Source: Harriotta raleighana
Lineage: Eukaryota
Direction of reading: 5' to 3'
Length of the DNA stretch: 64,000 nt
NCBI GenBank assembly: GCA_050575255.1
Contig: JBNZDD010013639.1
Span: 3,199,224 to 3,263,223, forward strand
Part shown: positions 39,564 through 53,129 of the stretch, in pieces
Numbering within the stretch: the first letter of the stretch is position 1
Layout of the letters: each line of letters starts with the position of its first letter
Notes under the pieces: model-generated
What the model saw: only the letters and a program-made list of their open reading frames with translations
Databases searched by the model: none
Told to the model about the DNA's origin: nothing
Translations under genes and position numbers: made by a program

Positions 39564-42100
39564 GTTATGACCAGAGTAGTGAACAAGACCAACTGGTTGA
39601 GGCTAACAACCTGGTATTAGACCTGTCGATGCTGACTAGAACATGCGGGAGCTCCTGAAACATTTTTCACTTTGAAACATTTGGGATTTAATAGAAATCT
39701 GCTGACAATCAACAAAAGTAAACTAAGGACATGGCATAGAAAAACACCTTTTATTCAGCACAGAAGATCACCTATCCACTCAGAGGGCAAACTTCTTGAA
39801 CAAAATGGCCAAGGTGATCTTATCTCCCTCGTGAGATGATGGAAATAAACCTATTTGAATGTGGAGAATGATTGAATAGGAAGTAAAAGCAACTGAGTAA
39901 CCCCAACAATCCATTCACCTACAAAAACAGTAAAAAACCCACTTTACAATAACAACAACTATTTACATACATCCAAAGGCTCTGGAACTTTATACTACAC
40001 TTTGTAGGATATCCTGTGAAGTACTTTGAGACGTTTCAACAACGCAATAAGGCACTAGAACAAATGCAAGGATTATTATCTAATGCAAAGCCTGGTGACT
40101 AAGAAACATCTCTTCAAAAATCTTTAGACTTTCTTAGATTAGGTGAAATATTTATCCCGAGATAAGTACAACATTGGCAATAAAAATATTGTTGCATAAA
40201 ATATTTGAACATTTTAAACTGAAAAGTATTAAATAGATTTTTTTTTTTTTTTCCCTATTTAAGTAATGTGAACAATGTGGTGGATTGAAATGACCAATTT
40301 ATTATTGGTTTTATTTGAGGGATTATTATTAGGCATGTGGAGTAAGAAAACTTGCTCAAGGTTTTGCCTTGTCTGGAATTGAACCACTTGCTTGTAAGGC
40401 AAGTGCTCTAAACATTGAGCTACAGGATTCCACTCTGAATTTGTACTCTATTGAAAGTAAAACTTCTGATGGACGAATAATAGCACTGCAGCCAACATAT
40501 ATTGTACATGACCAATTACCTAGATTTTTCAAATATCACAATCATGCTGGTCCCAATGAGTGTAATAATCTTTTTTCTAAAATACTGTATATGCAGAATA
40601 ACATGGACAAAATCCAGGGGAGCGCAGAAGGAGCGTGGCACACATTTTTTCACAATAATATTAAAATGTTTCAAAATAAAATTGAACTAATACTGAGTGT
40701 TAAGAAGGCTCAAAATAAACATTGATTTGTTAAATAGGGACTATAACATTTAGGTGACTACTGAGCTAGTGGTTTAGTTGTTCTGAAATGTTTAATAATA
40801 TTATTGCAGTAAACAGATTTATTTCTCAATTAGAAACAGTTTGGAATATACAGTGCACATTACTGACATCCACCTCCTTCACTACATTAAAGATACAGTG
40901 CTAAGCCCTTCTCTATTTCTACCACACACTTTATGGGTTCACTGGTGAGACTGTCATTTCACAATGTTTTATTTGGGTGCGAGGACTATAATGTTGCTTA
41001 CAGATCTCTCACTATATGAAGCAATGTCATCTTCCAATGGAGACATATCTGTGCAGGTCTAAGCAAACTAAGCTAGTTTCTCTCCCCACCACAGAGATGA
41101 AATACTTGCAGCCCAAACCCTCTGCTGGCTTCGACGCTCCTTAAAGTTTTTCTCACAGGGTCAGTAATCGCATTTCCGCTCGAGACTTCAAGGGGGTTTT
41201 CAAACTGAAATATTGGGCGCCTTACTTCTGTAATTCATCACCTTTAACCTTGCATAGAATAATGTCAGACTTTCCCCCCGCAGCTCCCGTACTTTACCTC
41301 TCCAGGTCTCTGCACACTTTCTTACACTCGTTTATCTGCATAACTGGCTCAATTCCGGGAGTCATTTATAAGCCACAGAGGTCTGCTCTGCTTTGAAATC
41401 ATTTAATTAACCTTCTGCTTTTTTAAAGTCACATCTATTTTTATTTTTAAAAATTAATCCAGTCCAACTCTTGATTTTGTCCAATTTACAGCATATAAGA
41501 AGGTTGTTCAGTCTGATCTTGTTTCCTGAATGATTTTACATTGTTTCTATGACGGAAACTTGTAGCACAGTCACCGGTAATTACCAGCTATTGAATTATT
41601 GAATTGATTTTCAACTTAACAAGGCAGATAATTTAGAATTCAATTAATGGGAGTGCACTGTTGTCAAACAGCATTGGTCAGGGGCTGGCTGACATGCTAC
41701 AAAAATGGTGCAATGCCAAACTTAAAAAAAGTACTGTCATTTGTTACCACTGACAAGGGCAGCCGGTATACCATTCAATTCCCTTTTGAAGAACATTGTC
41801 CTAGTTTTCTCAAATCTTCAACATGAGTAGGGTTTGTTTAATTATATATATAATATACATACAATATACTGTGTATATATACACAAACACAGGCACACAA
41901 ACTATGTAACACAATGCCTTATAAAATCACTATTTATTTTCTTTATAAGTGCAATTCATGAAGGTTGCATAAGTTTTGTTAAGCTTCAAGCTCCGCCAAC
42001 ACTGAATGATTTTGATCGACACAATAGCAAACAAATTACTGTAATGATGTCAAACTTCCAGGTACAATAAATAAACAGAACAGAAAACTTGACTTTAACA

Positions 42101-42429
42101 CAGGGTGTCCGCAAACTCCTCTTACCCCGTTACTAAACAGTGATATGAGACGACAGAAGAGCTGAAACAAGCTGTCAAAGATGCGTTTCTCTTCGTCACT
42201 CTATCATGTTACGGAAAGTGTCACACCAAATCTTTGGAGATAGATCATTATCTGCCAGAACATTACATAGAGCTTTCACTGATCTGTTGGACCTCTAAAT
42301 ACTTGTGCTGAATACTATGAAGTACTTCCATATACAGGTACTGTACAATTATCATAATTCTTCCAATTGTTTTGGTTGTTGGTCAGTATAGTGTAGGAAA
42401 GAAAGTAATAGGTCTTTGTGGACACCCTG
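42101..42429 (+). mobile_element. Internally deleted Tc1/mariner element with a transposase C-terminal remnant
   Basis: TIR cagggtgtccgcaaa ... tttgtggacaccctg; interior translates TTEELKQAVKDAF; TA TSD not preserved. Confidence 0.7.
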
Positions 42430-42992
42430 TTGATGTCCAGTATTGTATCGGTGTGCTAACAAACAGATCCAGAACAGCAAAGGCACAGATAGCCCCTGAA
42501 ATATTGGGTGCCATACTTTCTACCTTAACTCTTCTTTATCAAAAGAAGTTATTAATCTAAACTGGGTAGCGCTGATTTTTTTGGGGGGTGGAGGGAGGAG
42601 GTAGGCTGGCTGAATCCCCAGATTGATGAAAGAATCTGAACAAGAGTCAACTTGGTTGTTCCACCTCTGTGAGTTTAAGAGCTGTACCAAAATTGACGTG
42701 CAAACCAGTCATCAGACTTAATTCACGGGATCCCATTGGCCAGGGAATGGTTAGGGCTGGAAGGGTTTTTTCAAATCTTTTTTAAAACATGTGTTTCCAA
42801 ATTTAGAGGTCAGCAAACGAAAGGAAACACTCCACTGGTGTATGCAGTTTGCAGCTTTTGATTCAGTGGATCCATCAATCTTATTACTTTACAGTGACCT
42901 CTACTGGCAGGTTGCAATAACAGTGTCTGCTGCTTTTATGCAAAATTTGCAACTGTTTTTTCCTTGGCTGTGTCTTGCCATAACTTGAGGAG

Positions 42993-43165
42993 AACAACAA
43001 CAACAAAATTACATTTGTATAGCGCCTTTCACGTCAGGAGGACGTCCCAAGGTGCTGGACAGATACTGCTTCAGACCCGAGCTGAGGGCGGGATGGGGGT
43101 GGAGGGGAGGAGTTGCCGATGGGTTCCATCGAAGAGGAGAGCCTTAAGGCGAGACTTGAAGGAAG
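42993..43165 (-). mobile_element. L2 3' end (family A)
   Basis: (caa)n-aattacatttgtatagcgcctttcacgtcaggaggacgtccc. Confidence 0.85.
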
Positions 43166-46100
43166 CTACATTAAACATTTGTTACCCTAGCCGGAAAACA
43201 TTACACTGGCTGTGATGTGATCTTGGATTCCAAGTCAAATCACATTCAAAGATGCAAGGAGAATTACAATCTCTTAAATGTACAAAAAGCTCTGTATCAC
43301 ACCCTCTCAGTGATTATAATGAATCCAATCGTATTTCAAAAGATTTACTGCAAAAAAATGGTGGTGTCTTTCAATTGTTTTACATTTGCAGGATATGGTT
43401 CTAAGGTTCTGGTACCCAATGATGCAGCATGTTATTATGTGCTATTGCAGATGTTTCCTGAAGACAGTGAAGGCGAACTTCACTTCAGGAGTCAAGAAGG
43501 AATATGAATGTCTGGAATATAGCCTGTAACATGTCCAAGGATGAAGTACACTAACGGAGGGGAAGATCTGGTCCAGCAAGACGTAATTTCAAGCAGTGTA
43601 ATTATAAATTTTGAAAAATGCTGCTGGATACCAGCACTGGAATTGTAATTGTTTGTAATTGTTTGTATCCCGTGAGCAGAAGATAGCAAATAGGCTATTT
43701 TCTGCTCATGGGATTCAAGCTATCTGAGTCCAAGTCAATATCTCTGGTCACTGTGAAGGTCAGCAAGGACGATGAGATTGCAGAGTGGCGCTCATGCATG
43801 CTAGGAGATTGGGCCATCAGGAAATTACATGAGTGCAATTATTATTGCAAAATTATAATTGTTTTCGGGCCCAGAATTACTCTACTTTTAATATCACAGA
43901 CCAAAGGATCTGTGGGCCTTTGGATTATTTATATTATGAATATATTTTTATGAATAATATATTGCATCCACTGTGAAACACCATCAGGAGTTTTGAATCT
44001 TTACAAAATCACATGCTCTGGGCATGCAGCCCAACATTAAATAACTGTAATTAAACCTGAAAGATTAAAAAAGTTGCTATCAAATATTTAAATTTCATTG
44101 AATACATTCAGAACTTATATCAGAAACATTATTTTACAACTACTGTAATTTGGAAGCAGATCAAAGGGTAACGTTATAACTACAATAGTTTCAAACAACT
44201 TCAAACAAGTATCTCTGGATTTCATTTCTGTTACAGCCTACCCTGCTGCTAGAACAGGAATTGAAACTGGTTTAAGTGAGCACACAGCAGGGTGCAAGAA
44301 TTCATCTACACAGTAGTTTAAGGATTAAGGTTGATGGCACTTCACTCAAGTACAGAGATCAATACATGTCAATTTCTGGAAATAAACTACAGTAGTGTAT
44401 ACATGAAAACTATAAATATATTATTGGAAGAGCACTTTAATAAACTGTTTTTTGGGGGCTTTGGTACTCACATAAGAAAGATATAGACTGAATACCTATG
44501 AAAACAGCAAAACAGATTTATACAAATTTCTTTCAAAAGTTTACTACTAATAATAATCCTTGTATTTAATATAGCTTCTTATCATGTCATTGAGACATCT
44601 CAATGTGTTTAATAGAATACTGTACTGTATAATCTAAAGTCGATTGACTGAAGGGAAAGGGAAGTTCAACTTTGAATAGTCAGAAAGCGTTGCACTTTAT
44701 TTAGTTATTGGTGTTAAAGGTAGTTGAATCAATGCCTCTTATCCTTTCAGTCTATCATAAACTGTCCAAAAAAAAAGTCTTAAATAAGTGCTGCATTTCT
44801 ATGATAACAAAAGTACTGAAGAGAGCAAACAATCAGCAAAGCAGTTTTTCTTTCCTAGGGTTTCCAACAGATCTCCAATATGCCTGTAGATTCACTTAAA
44901 GAATCCAACCATCAGTAAAGCAAAATGCAGTGCTGATTATTTAATAGAATTTAACTGTGTAGAACTAGCCTCATCTGAAAAAAACAATGCAATCACAGCC
45001 TACAAATCCCGTCTACACTTCACAATAAATCTTGCTTTGATGGCTTCATAAGGGGCTGTATGAAATACAAATTGCAAGAATTATTTATGATCCACGTATA
45101 AGTTTCCAGTTAGAAATGTAGCAAACAGTAAATTTACATACAATTCTCTAGAAAGAGAATCAAGGAACAGCAGCTGAATCAAGGAACAGCAACAGTTAAA
45201 AAGTATTTTTAGGTATAAAATGAGAAACTCACCAAAAAGACAAAAACACACATTTGATATGTGCATTCATACCACTATAGCAGACTAAACATTTAACTGT
45301 CTGTTGTAAAGATATGATGAGCAAAAGATTACTTAATAAATAAACCTAGTGAAGGCTCTGGTTTCTTCACCCACTGATCAACACCATCTGGTATTTGTAC
45401 AGTTGATGCCCTGGAGAATGAATCAGTCTCTGCTGTCTACTTGGGTCAATGTATAATTCTTGCTACCTCCCACTGTGTGGTCCAATTTATGGAGGCCCAG
45501 TCTCTCAGTTCTTTTCAGCCAAAGGTAACCTATTAATGTGACCTTGACATCAAGTCCTGCTTATCAGTTACTGCTGAACTACATCTCATAACTGGGCAGC
45601 TGAAAACCAGGCAGGCTTTCTCAGAAAACTTCTTTGTTTGCTTTTGAAAATTAAGATAGGATTGCTAAAAATGACAGGCCATTATCGTGGCTCTAATCTG
45701 ATCTGTTGATAATTATCTTCTTTTCCCGTTAGTGAGAATGGATAACTTTTTCAATATGGGCGCATCACTTCTAGTCTTACCTTCTCCTACACAGCCACAT
45801 TGATGCCTTCACACTGAGTTTTTATGTATTAAAAAATTTAATTTTGTTGCTACTAAAAAAAATTGTCTCAGAGAAGTATGTCAAGGTCACCTGGGAAAAC
45901 AATCGCTTCCCAGGGTTTTGTTAACACCCAAAATTGTTTGTGGGAAGTTTGCAGTGGAGTATAAACTAGATTGAAACTTTACATTTCAAACCTATTGAAA
46001 GGAATCAACATTTCTTGTGTCAATGACCTATGTTTACAATACTGCAGGTGAACAATTGGAATACTCACTGAAAAAAGAGCTTTACATATATGCATTTAAT

Positions 46101-48084
46101 TATTCATATATAAGGTAACCTTGATCTGACAAGATATTTTTGTTAAAAATATAAATATTGACAGATCAGCTTTTTAATACCCGACCTAACGCTGCCCTCC
46201 AAATTAGCTGGGGAAATTTGTAATGAGCAAGGTATGCATGTTAACTGTGAAACAGGATTAGACTACAGGTGGGATAGTGACATACAGCTGTTTAGCAAAT
46301 CCGGGTTCTAAATGGATTCACAGATTCACGGATAAATGGATTCACCAATCAGATTGGAAGAGATCATTGCAATTTCTGATGTGTGAATATTGGATATTCA
46401 TTGCACAATCTGTGAACAGCAATTCCCAAGCTGTCAAAGAGACCATCATTTTGCTTGATTTGTTTCCTCCATACCGTTTGGGGATTTGGCATTTGCAAAC
46501 CTTTTCAATCCAAAATCAAAATCGATGCAAACATTGCATTTATTGCATTTTAGCTGAGCAGAAAAGCAGGTGCGCCACTGCACTCTAATTTTTATAAATT
46601 GTTGATCAGGGAATCACATTGAGACTTACGTCTTGCTTATCATTAATGGTAATCCTTGTTCTTCCTCCCATTTGGAATGAAGAAATTGGTCATTCACTTC
46701 CGTTACACAATACAGTGACCATACTTTACAGTGTATTATGTGGACTTGAAAGGCATACACCAAATATAAATCTTATTTTATAAGAAATTAATTTACATTT
46801 TTCTAGCATAGTTTACTCTTATATCTCAAAATATTGTGTAGTAATTGTTGAGGCATTTTGCATGCACAGGGTCCCACAAAAAGCCAAGAGGTAATTGAGA
46901 TGAGGCTTGTCAGACAACCAGTTCAAGTAGAATTATCACTGCAAATGTTTTATTCAAATTGTTAAAACACTTTGCCATTTCAACTGTATAGAATTACTCT
47001 GCTTCTGAAAATTGTGTGCCACATAATAATGCTGATAAGCCACTAAGATTACACTATTAACTCTTACTTTCAACTACAAAAACAGCAACACCAGAGGATG
47101 TGAAAGCTTATCAGCATTTTTTCCAATTGTTGGATCTTAAAACAGCTACATTGGGCAGATTGCTATTTTTAAGGAAGTAATTTGTGAACAGATAAATTTC
47201 TAATTTAAAACTAGCCGGTCATACCTCTCTAATCTACTCACCAAAATAACAAGTGGTAATTAAATCTTTCTGCATCATCTGCTTTGGCAACAATAAAGCT
47301 CCATCCAAATGAGATAACTTTTTAACTGAAGTCACAGACGTTATGTGAAATTTACTTTCTAATCAAAATAAAATGCATGAATAAGATATCACAAGTCTTC
47401 CAAATTTTATTAAAAATACTACTAAAATGTTACTGTCTAGAATGATGTTCCAAAGTAATAACCTCAGGAAGGGAGTTGCTTTAAAATGAATGAAATGCAA
47501 TGGCAGGAATGTGAAAGTGTGTGATAGTCTAGACCTTTTTTCCCTCTGCTTCCCCCAAACTAAAGTAAATCATAATGTTGGGCATGTGAAATTGTTGTAT
47601 TATATCCACTTCATCAGTGAAAAATGTCCATTAGTTCAATTTTCCTTCCAAAAATATGGCAGGAAAGACAGTGGCAACAACGCCAAGTGCAATTGGATGT
47701 TTGGAATTAAGTGCATAAATCCACCTCAAACCCGAGCTTGTCAGATGTTCAATAACCAACTAGTGACTATTGTCTTCAGACGGCAGGTAAGCGGGGTCTC
47801 TTTGGAACTAAACTGGCTCCAAGGTGACATGTTTGGCAACGAAATGTCAGAATCGAGCCAGCCTTCTGTGGTGGTCTTGGTAGTCCAATTCTTGAGCCAC
47901 AGTATTCTAGGGCACAGCTGATGAAAGCACAACCAGCCTGTCTCATCAGCAGGCTCTGCAAGGGCAGACCAGTCACTGGGGGGCAGGGGAGTTAATCTAC
48001 TCATCTTTAATTACCACTTGTTATTTTGGTGAGTGGATTAGAGGTTAACCCTGCAAGCCAAAGCCCCAATGGTTTGGATGGTCT

Positions 48085-48178
48085 CCTGCCTCGGGCCTGG
48101 GATCCATTATTGTGAAGCCCTTTGAGACGCCGTCCAGTGTGGAGGGCTCTATATAAATCAAAGTTGTTGTTGTTGTTG
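48085..48178 (+). mobile_element. L2 3' tail (family B)
   Basis: gagacgccgtcc..ggagggc..tatataaatcaaag(ttg)n. Confidence 0.85.
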
Positions 48179-50869
48179 GACCTAACTTGACAAGCAGTAG
48201 GAAAGCTTGCCTGACAGCAAGATCAATGGCAAGTTCAACTCTTGCCAACCTGCACCAATACTTTCCAGAATTCAGGTAAACAGGAGAGTGTGCATTCAAC
48301 TCCAAAAATCTACCTCTGGACTTCCATGTGTTGGTGGGATGCATAGAAATCTCAGTTTGGTTTAGATACACTTAACCATGGTGTTGGGTTTCTGCATGTG
48401 CCAGACACCAGGCTGAATTCCCCAAATATCTCAGTTTAGTCAGTTGCCGAAAGCCTGCTTGGCCAGCAATCAGCATTCCTTCAATCCACTGTGTCAGCCT
48501 ACACAATAAACTCAAATCCTAGTGTGGGGTTTGAACTCACAACCTTCTGACCCAGAGGTGAGAATTCTACCAATAGAGATAAAGTGAAACTAATGGATTT
48601 GTAACACAGGATCTGCATTATTGCCAGTTGGTTTTTAATAATGAGCAACAGGAAACTAGTTTTTCCACCAAATGAAACAGGATTACAATGAATTTAATTA
48701 ATTGACATTCACCAATGAAGTTATAGAATCCGGTATTAAACGATTGATATTTTTAAAACTGGTTTATTGAAAATGATTTTTAAAACAGGCTATGCACGTA
48801 ACATGAACACCAGTCACACTTTTGGTGCCATATTATTTCAGAGAATGATTTACCCCAAAACTGCAGCCATTAATGTAATACTGTACCTCTAAAACTTCAA
48901 TCCACCTTCGCTCCGTCATGACTATTGCTGCTTGTATCCATCTGGAACTCTTTCAAATAATTTTAACATTTAGTAATAACTTGAAAACTTTGTTGGTTGT
49001 CATCAATTTCCAAATATTTAAAATATTATATATTATTGACTATAAAATGTTACTCTTTATTGTCAATGTTTAAAGTATTAACTCTTTATTGTGGCTGTGT
49101 AAAATGTTATTCGGTCTGAATGAGTGAAGTGTTTTTCTTCATTTTCACTGTGTTAAATTCCAGTGATTGTGGCAGTAATATTTTGGGGGGTCAGCTGGGT
49201 GTCTGACATACGGGGAACCACATCACCGTGTTTAAAGAATATCCAAACCAAGCTGAGAATTCCATGCATCCCACTACACATGGAAACCCCAGAGATGTTT
49301 ATTGGAATAGAATGCACACTCTCTCCCTGGGGGGACGCATTCTGCTTATCTAATACTGGAAAGTATTAGGCGCAGTTTGTCAAAAGCCAAGGCTTAGGGA
49401 CCCCAAAGAGTGCATTCAGATACTGCTGGAGTCAAACCAGCTAAAATTGTGTAGTTTGCCATCGATATTGCTGTTTGGCAAGCTACTGTAATGTAATGTT
49501 GGTAACTTGCAGCTCCCTTTTGGTGAGCAGCTCCAAGGACAAAATAATCTATAGCTTTAAACTGGAAGATGTAGAGCTGGAAAAATGTTTTTAATATTTT
49601 TTAAGAGTGTACTTATTTGCAGAAAATTTACATCTGTGGATGCAGATATCACTGTGTTAACTATTCCAACACAGAAAAATATGGTGAAAAATATTTCTTA
49701 ATTTTAGAACTACTGCTCCTTGATTGAGGTAATTTCAAGTTTGTTCCAGGAAACAAAATCAGCAATAGCAAAATTACATCTGCATAGAACGTTTCACGTC
49801 AGGAGGTCATCCCAAGTCATTTGTTTACCTGCAAGTTATTGATCCACAAATCGACTAACAACCAGTCTTGCTCACTCCGAGGTAAACAGAAGCGTGTGGA
49901 GCAAGGAAACTTACCTAAGATTTCGCACCCCCCACCACCCATATTCACTCATTCCTTACTCGCTCCCATAAGAGATACTTTGCTATCAGAATTCAATTTA
50001 CAGCAATCTCTGCAGGATCACTGACAAAACAAAGAGGAGCAAGTAATCGCCAGAGTCCCCTCGACTATATCCAAAGGCTTTGCACCAAACAATTAACCAG
50101 AGGTCCTTTCTTTCATCTTAGCACTCTCTTTGATCTCAGGTTGGATCCATTGTATAGCATGCCTGAGGGTGGCCAAGATCAGATGGCAAGGTGATAAAGT
50201 TCTCAAGCTCTATTTAAAAAATGTTTTAACCTTGTCTTTGAACAACCCATTGGACATACTGCATTGCGTGCCTACATTGTTACATGTCTTTGCTGTCGCA
50301 AATCATCTAAATGATTTACCTGTGCTTTATTCTACCCAAATCCTGAACGCATTGAATACTGCAGACCTCACACCTTGTGTAGCCGAAATAGAAAGGTCCA
50401 GCATTAATTGGCATCACCATATAATGCTTTCTTTACCACAGTAAGAGATTCTCCACTTTAACATTTTACTGCAAATGAATCAGACTGACTATGCAGCAGC
50501 GTGATGGAACTAGAAACTAAGTATGCTGGAAATGTGAAATATAAAAAAAACTCACAAGTCTGAAAGAAACAATTCCTTAAACTACATTTGAATTTTGCTT
50601 TAGGACCATACCTAAAACGTAAACCTATTCTACTTTTAGGTATTGAGAACGTGCGGCATATTTCCAGCAGAGATGATTTTTAATGCCCTAGTAGATCATT
50701 GATCAACATAAAAGTTCTACCCAAGATCTATAGCCACTGTTGAGTCTGTCACAAAACACATCTGGTATATGTTGTGTTTACTTATCACATATAATCAACA
50801 CTGCAATTCTTTATTTAAAGTATTCATACGGTTGATTTAATAGGTTTCACCACTAAATACCTCTTCTCC

Positions 50870-51145
50870 CCAGTTTCGTTGAAACCTACCCCCGCTTTTT
50901 GTTTCTATACATTGTTATCACATTTTCAACCCATCAGTTTTCACACTCCTTTTCCTTTGTCTTCTTTGTCTCCTGTGTCTTCCATGTCCTGCCTTCCCCC
51001 CCACACCCTCTAATGTCCTCCCTCTAAAACACTCCCCAGTTCTGATGAAGGGTCGTGGACCCGAAACATTGACTCACTTTCCTTTCTCCATGGATGCAGT
51101 CTGACTTGCTGAGTTTCCCCAGAAACTTCTGTGTTGTTTTTGATT
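50870..51145 (+). mobile_element. Probable Penelope-like element terminal repeat fragment
   Basis: tctgatgaagggtc..cccgaaacattgact..ggatgcagtctgacttgctgagttt, a motif I recall from shark repeats; the family assignment is from memory. Confidence 0.5.
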
Positions 51146-51703
51146 TAATAGGTTGGTTGTTCTCCATTGATTTATAGAATATAATGTATCACTATCAAAA
51201 ATTACAAAAGCATTTAGAAGAATGGAGCACATTTCCAACATATTTCTAGTGTTTATTTTTAAATTCTACCTTCAACCAACAATGTCCTCAACTAAGAAAC
51301 AGGCAATATCAAAAATCCCACTTTAAGGGTATCCTTAGTTTCTCCTCTGGTCTCTTTTAGGGCTCAAATCACCACCACTCATGAGGAGATAAAGTGTATT
51401 GCATTTCCGGATTAATAGATATATTGAATGTATACAGAGAAAATCCTGAATTTATCATTTCAAATTAAAAAGTTTGCATGAAATGTACCTATGTGGGGTA
51501 GATTTTGTTGTACCTGTTCACTCCAAAAAGCTTCACCAAGATATTGGGACATTGTCTATAATCTATATAAAGGCACTATATAAATGTAATTTGTTGTTTT
51601 AAAATAATAGGAGCAAAGCGGCTCAGTCGGTTCAATGGCATTATGCATTTTTGTATTACGCTTCTCACCCATTCTGAGCTCTGAATCAGACAACTTATCA
51701 TCA

Positions 51704-52233
51704 GCTCCTGTAGCTCAGTGGTTAGAGCACTCGCCTTACAACAACAACAACAACAACAAAATTACACTTGTATAGCGCCTCTCATGTCGGGAGGATGTCC
51801 CAAAGCGCTGAACAGTCAGGTCGGGCCCCGAACGGGGGGGAGGGTTGGGGGTAGGGGGAGGGGGAAGAGTCAGGTGGGGAGCCGAAGGCGCGGTCGAAGA
51901 GGAAGGTCTTGAGACCAGCCTTGAAGGAGGAATGGGAGGAAGCAAGGCGGAGACCTACAAGCATGAGACCTATGTTCGAATCCAGGCAGATCAGGGCAAA
52001 ACCTTGGGCAAGTTTCTTTACTCCACACCCCTAATAATAATCCGTCCAAAAAAAACACAATAATAAAATTGGTAATTTGAATCCAAGACTGTTTGTGGGA
52101 CATTCCTGTGCAATTGGCTGCTGCATTTCGCCCACAAATATACTGTCAATTACAGTATATTTTGTGAAGCGCTTTGAGATCAATAAGATGTGAAAAGCAC
52201 TACATCAAACACAAGGATTATTATTATCATTAT
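51704..52233 (+). mobile_element. tRNA-derived SINE interrupted by an antisense L2 3' end (51739-51956)
   Basis: Head gcactcgcctt|acaa ... acaagcatgagacc resumes after the L2. Confidence 0.9.
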
Positions 52234-52554
52234 TAGCACTGACACCACACCTTATACGTATTTGCTAGAAATAAGGCTGGCTAATAAGGAGTCCAAGTTG
52301 AATGGGAACTCTTCCTGGTACCCTGTAGCTCACATTGTCCTCAGGAACTCTGCTCCAGGAGCAGATTATGACAGAATGAGATCCTACCATTCGGTTGCTA
52401 TTTGAATTCCTTCTTCGACCTGCCACTTACCTGTTAGAAATCTGTTAGAAATATTACACTCTATAACTAGGTGAACAACTTTGCAGAAAAACTAGGTAAC
52501 TATATATCATTAGGCTATCATGTATTCCTATATACCTTCCGTTAAACACTTTGA

Positions 52555-52870
52555 GATATCTGAGTTTAATTCCAGGTAGCGCAAAACCTTGGGCAAGTTT
52601 TCTTACTCCACATGCCTAATACTAATCCCTCCAAAAAAAATTGTTCATTTCAATCCATGACTGTTTGTGGGACACTGCTGAGCGCAATTGGTGGCCGTGT
52701 TTCACCCACAAATATACAGTCAATTCATTTTCTAGTATCTTCTGTGATTCGCTTTGAGAAATCTAGAAGATGTGAAAAGTACTACTATATATCAAATGCA
52801 AGGATTATTATTATTATCTCAAAGAAGTGAAAAGGCACAATATCAAATGCAAGGATTATTTATTATTATA
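52555..52870 (+). mobile_element. tRNA-derived SINE with a duplicated tail
   Basis: Core plus two atcaaatgcaaggattatt tails. Confidence 0.82.
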
Positions 52871-53129
52871 CCAAAGATGGGAAGTGGTACTTAAGATGAA
52901 CTGATTTGTGTTGACTTATTAGAGTGTTATTCCCATTAAGAACCAATCAATAAACATGCCTGATCAGTGTAATTTTTGTGACTATCAACTGAGATAGAAA
53001 GACTGTAAAGGGCTTGACCAGTGAGTTGCCCACATTATAAGGTGCTTACAAGGTGGTCCTATTGTGTACTGTTGCAAGCTGAAAGTGAGCTGGACAATTG
53101 TAAATAATCCATTTTGTACTGTGAACAGT

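Noticed and set aside
45350-45480. Possible LF-SINE fragment
   Set aside because: Similarity to the remembered consensus is too weak to support a call.
51704-51990. tRNA gene or intron-containing tRNA
   Set aside because: The tRNA-like part continues into a SINE body and the interruption is an L2 tail. Other tRNA-like heads in the window are also SINEs.
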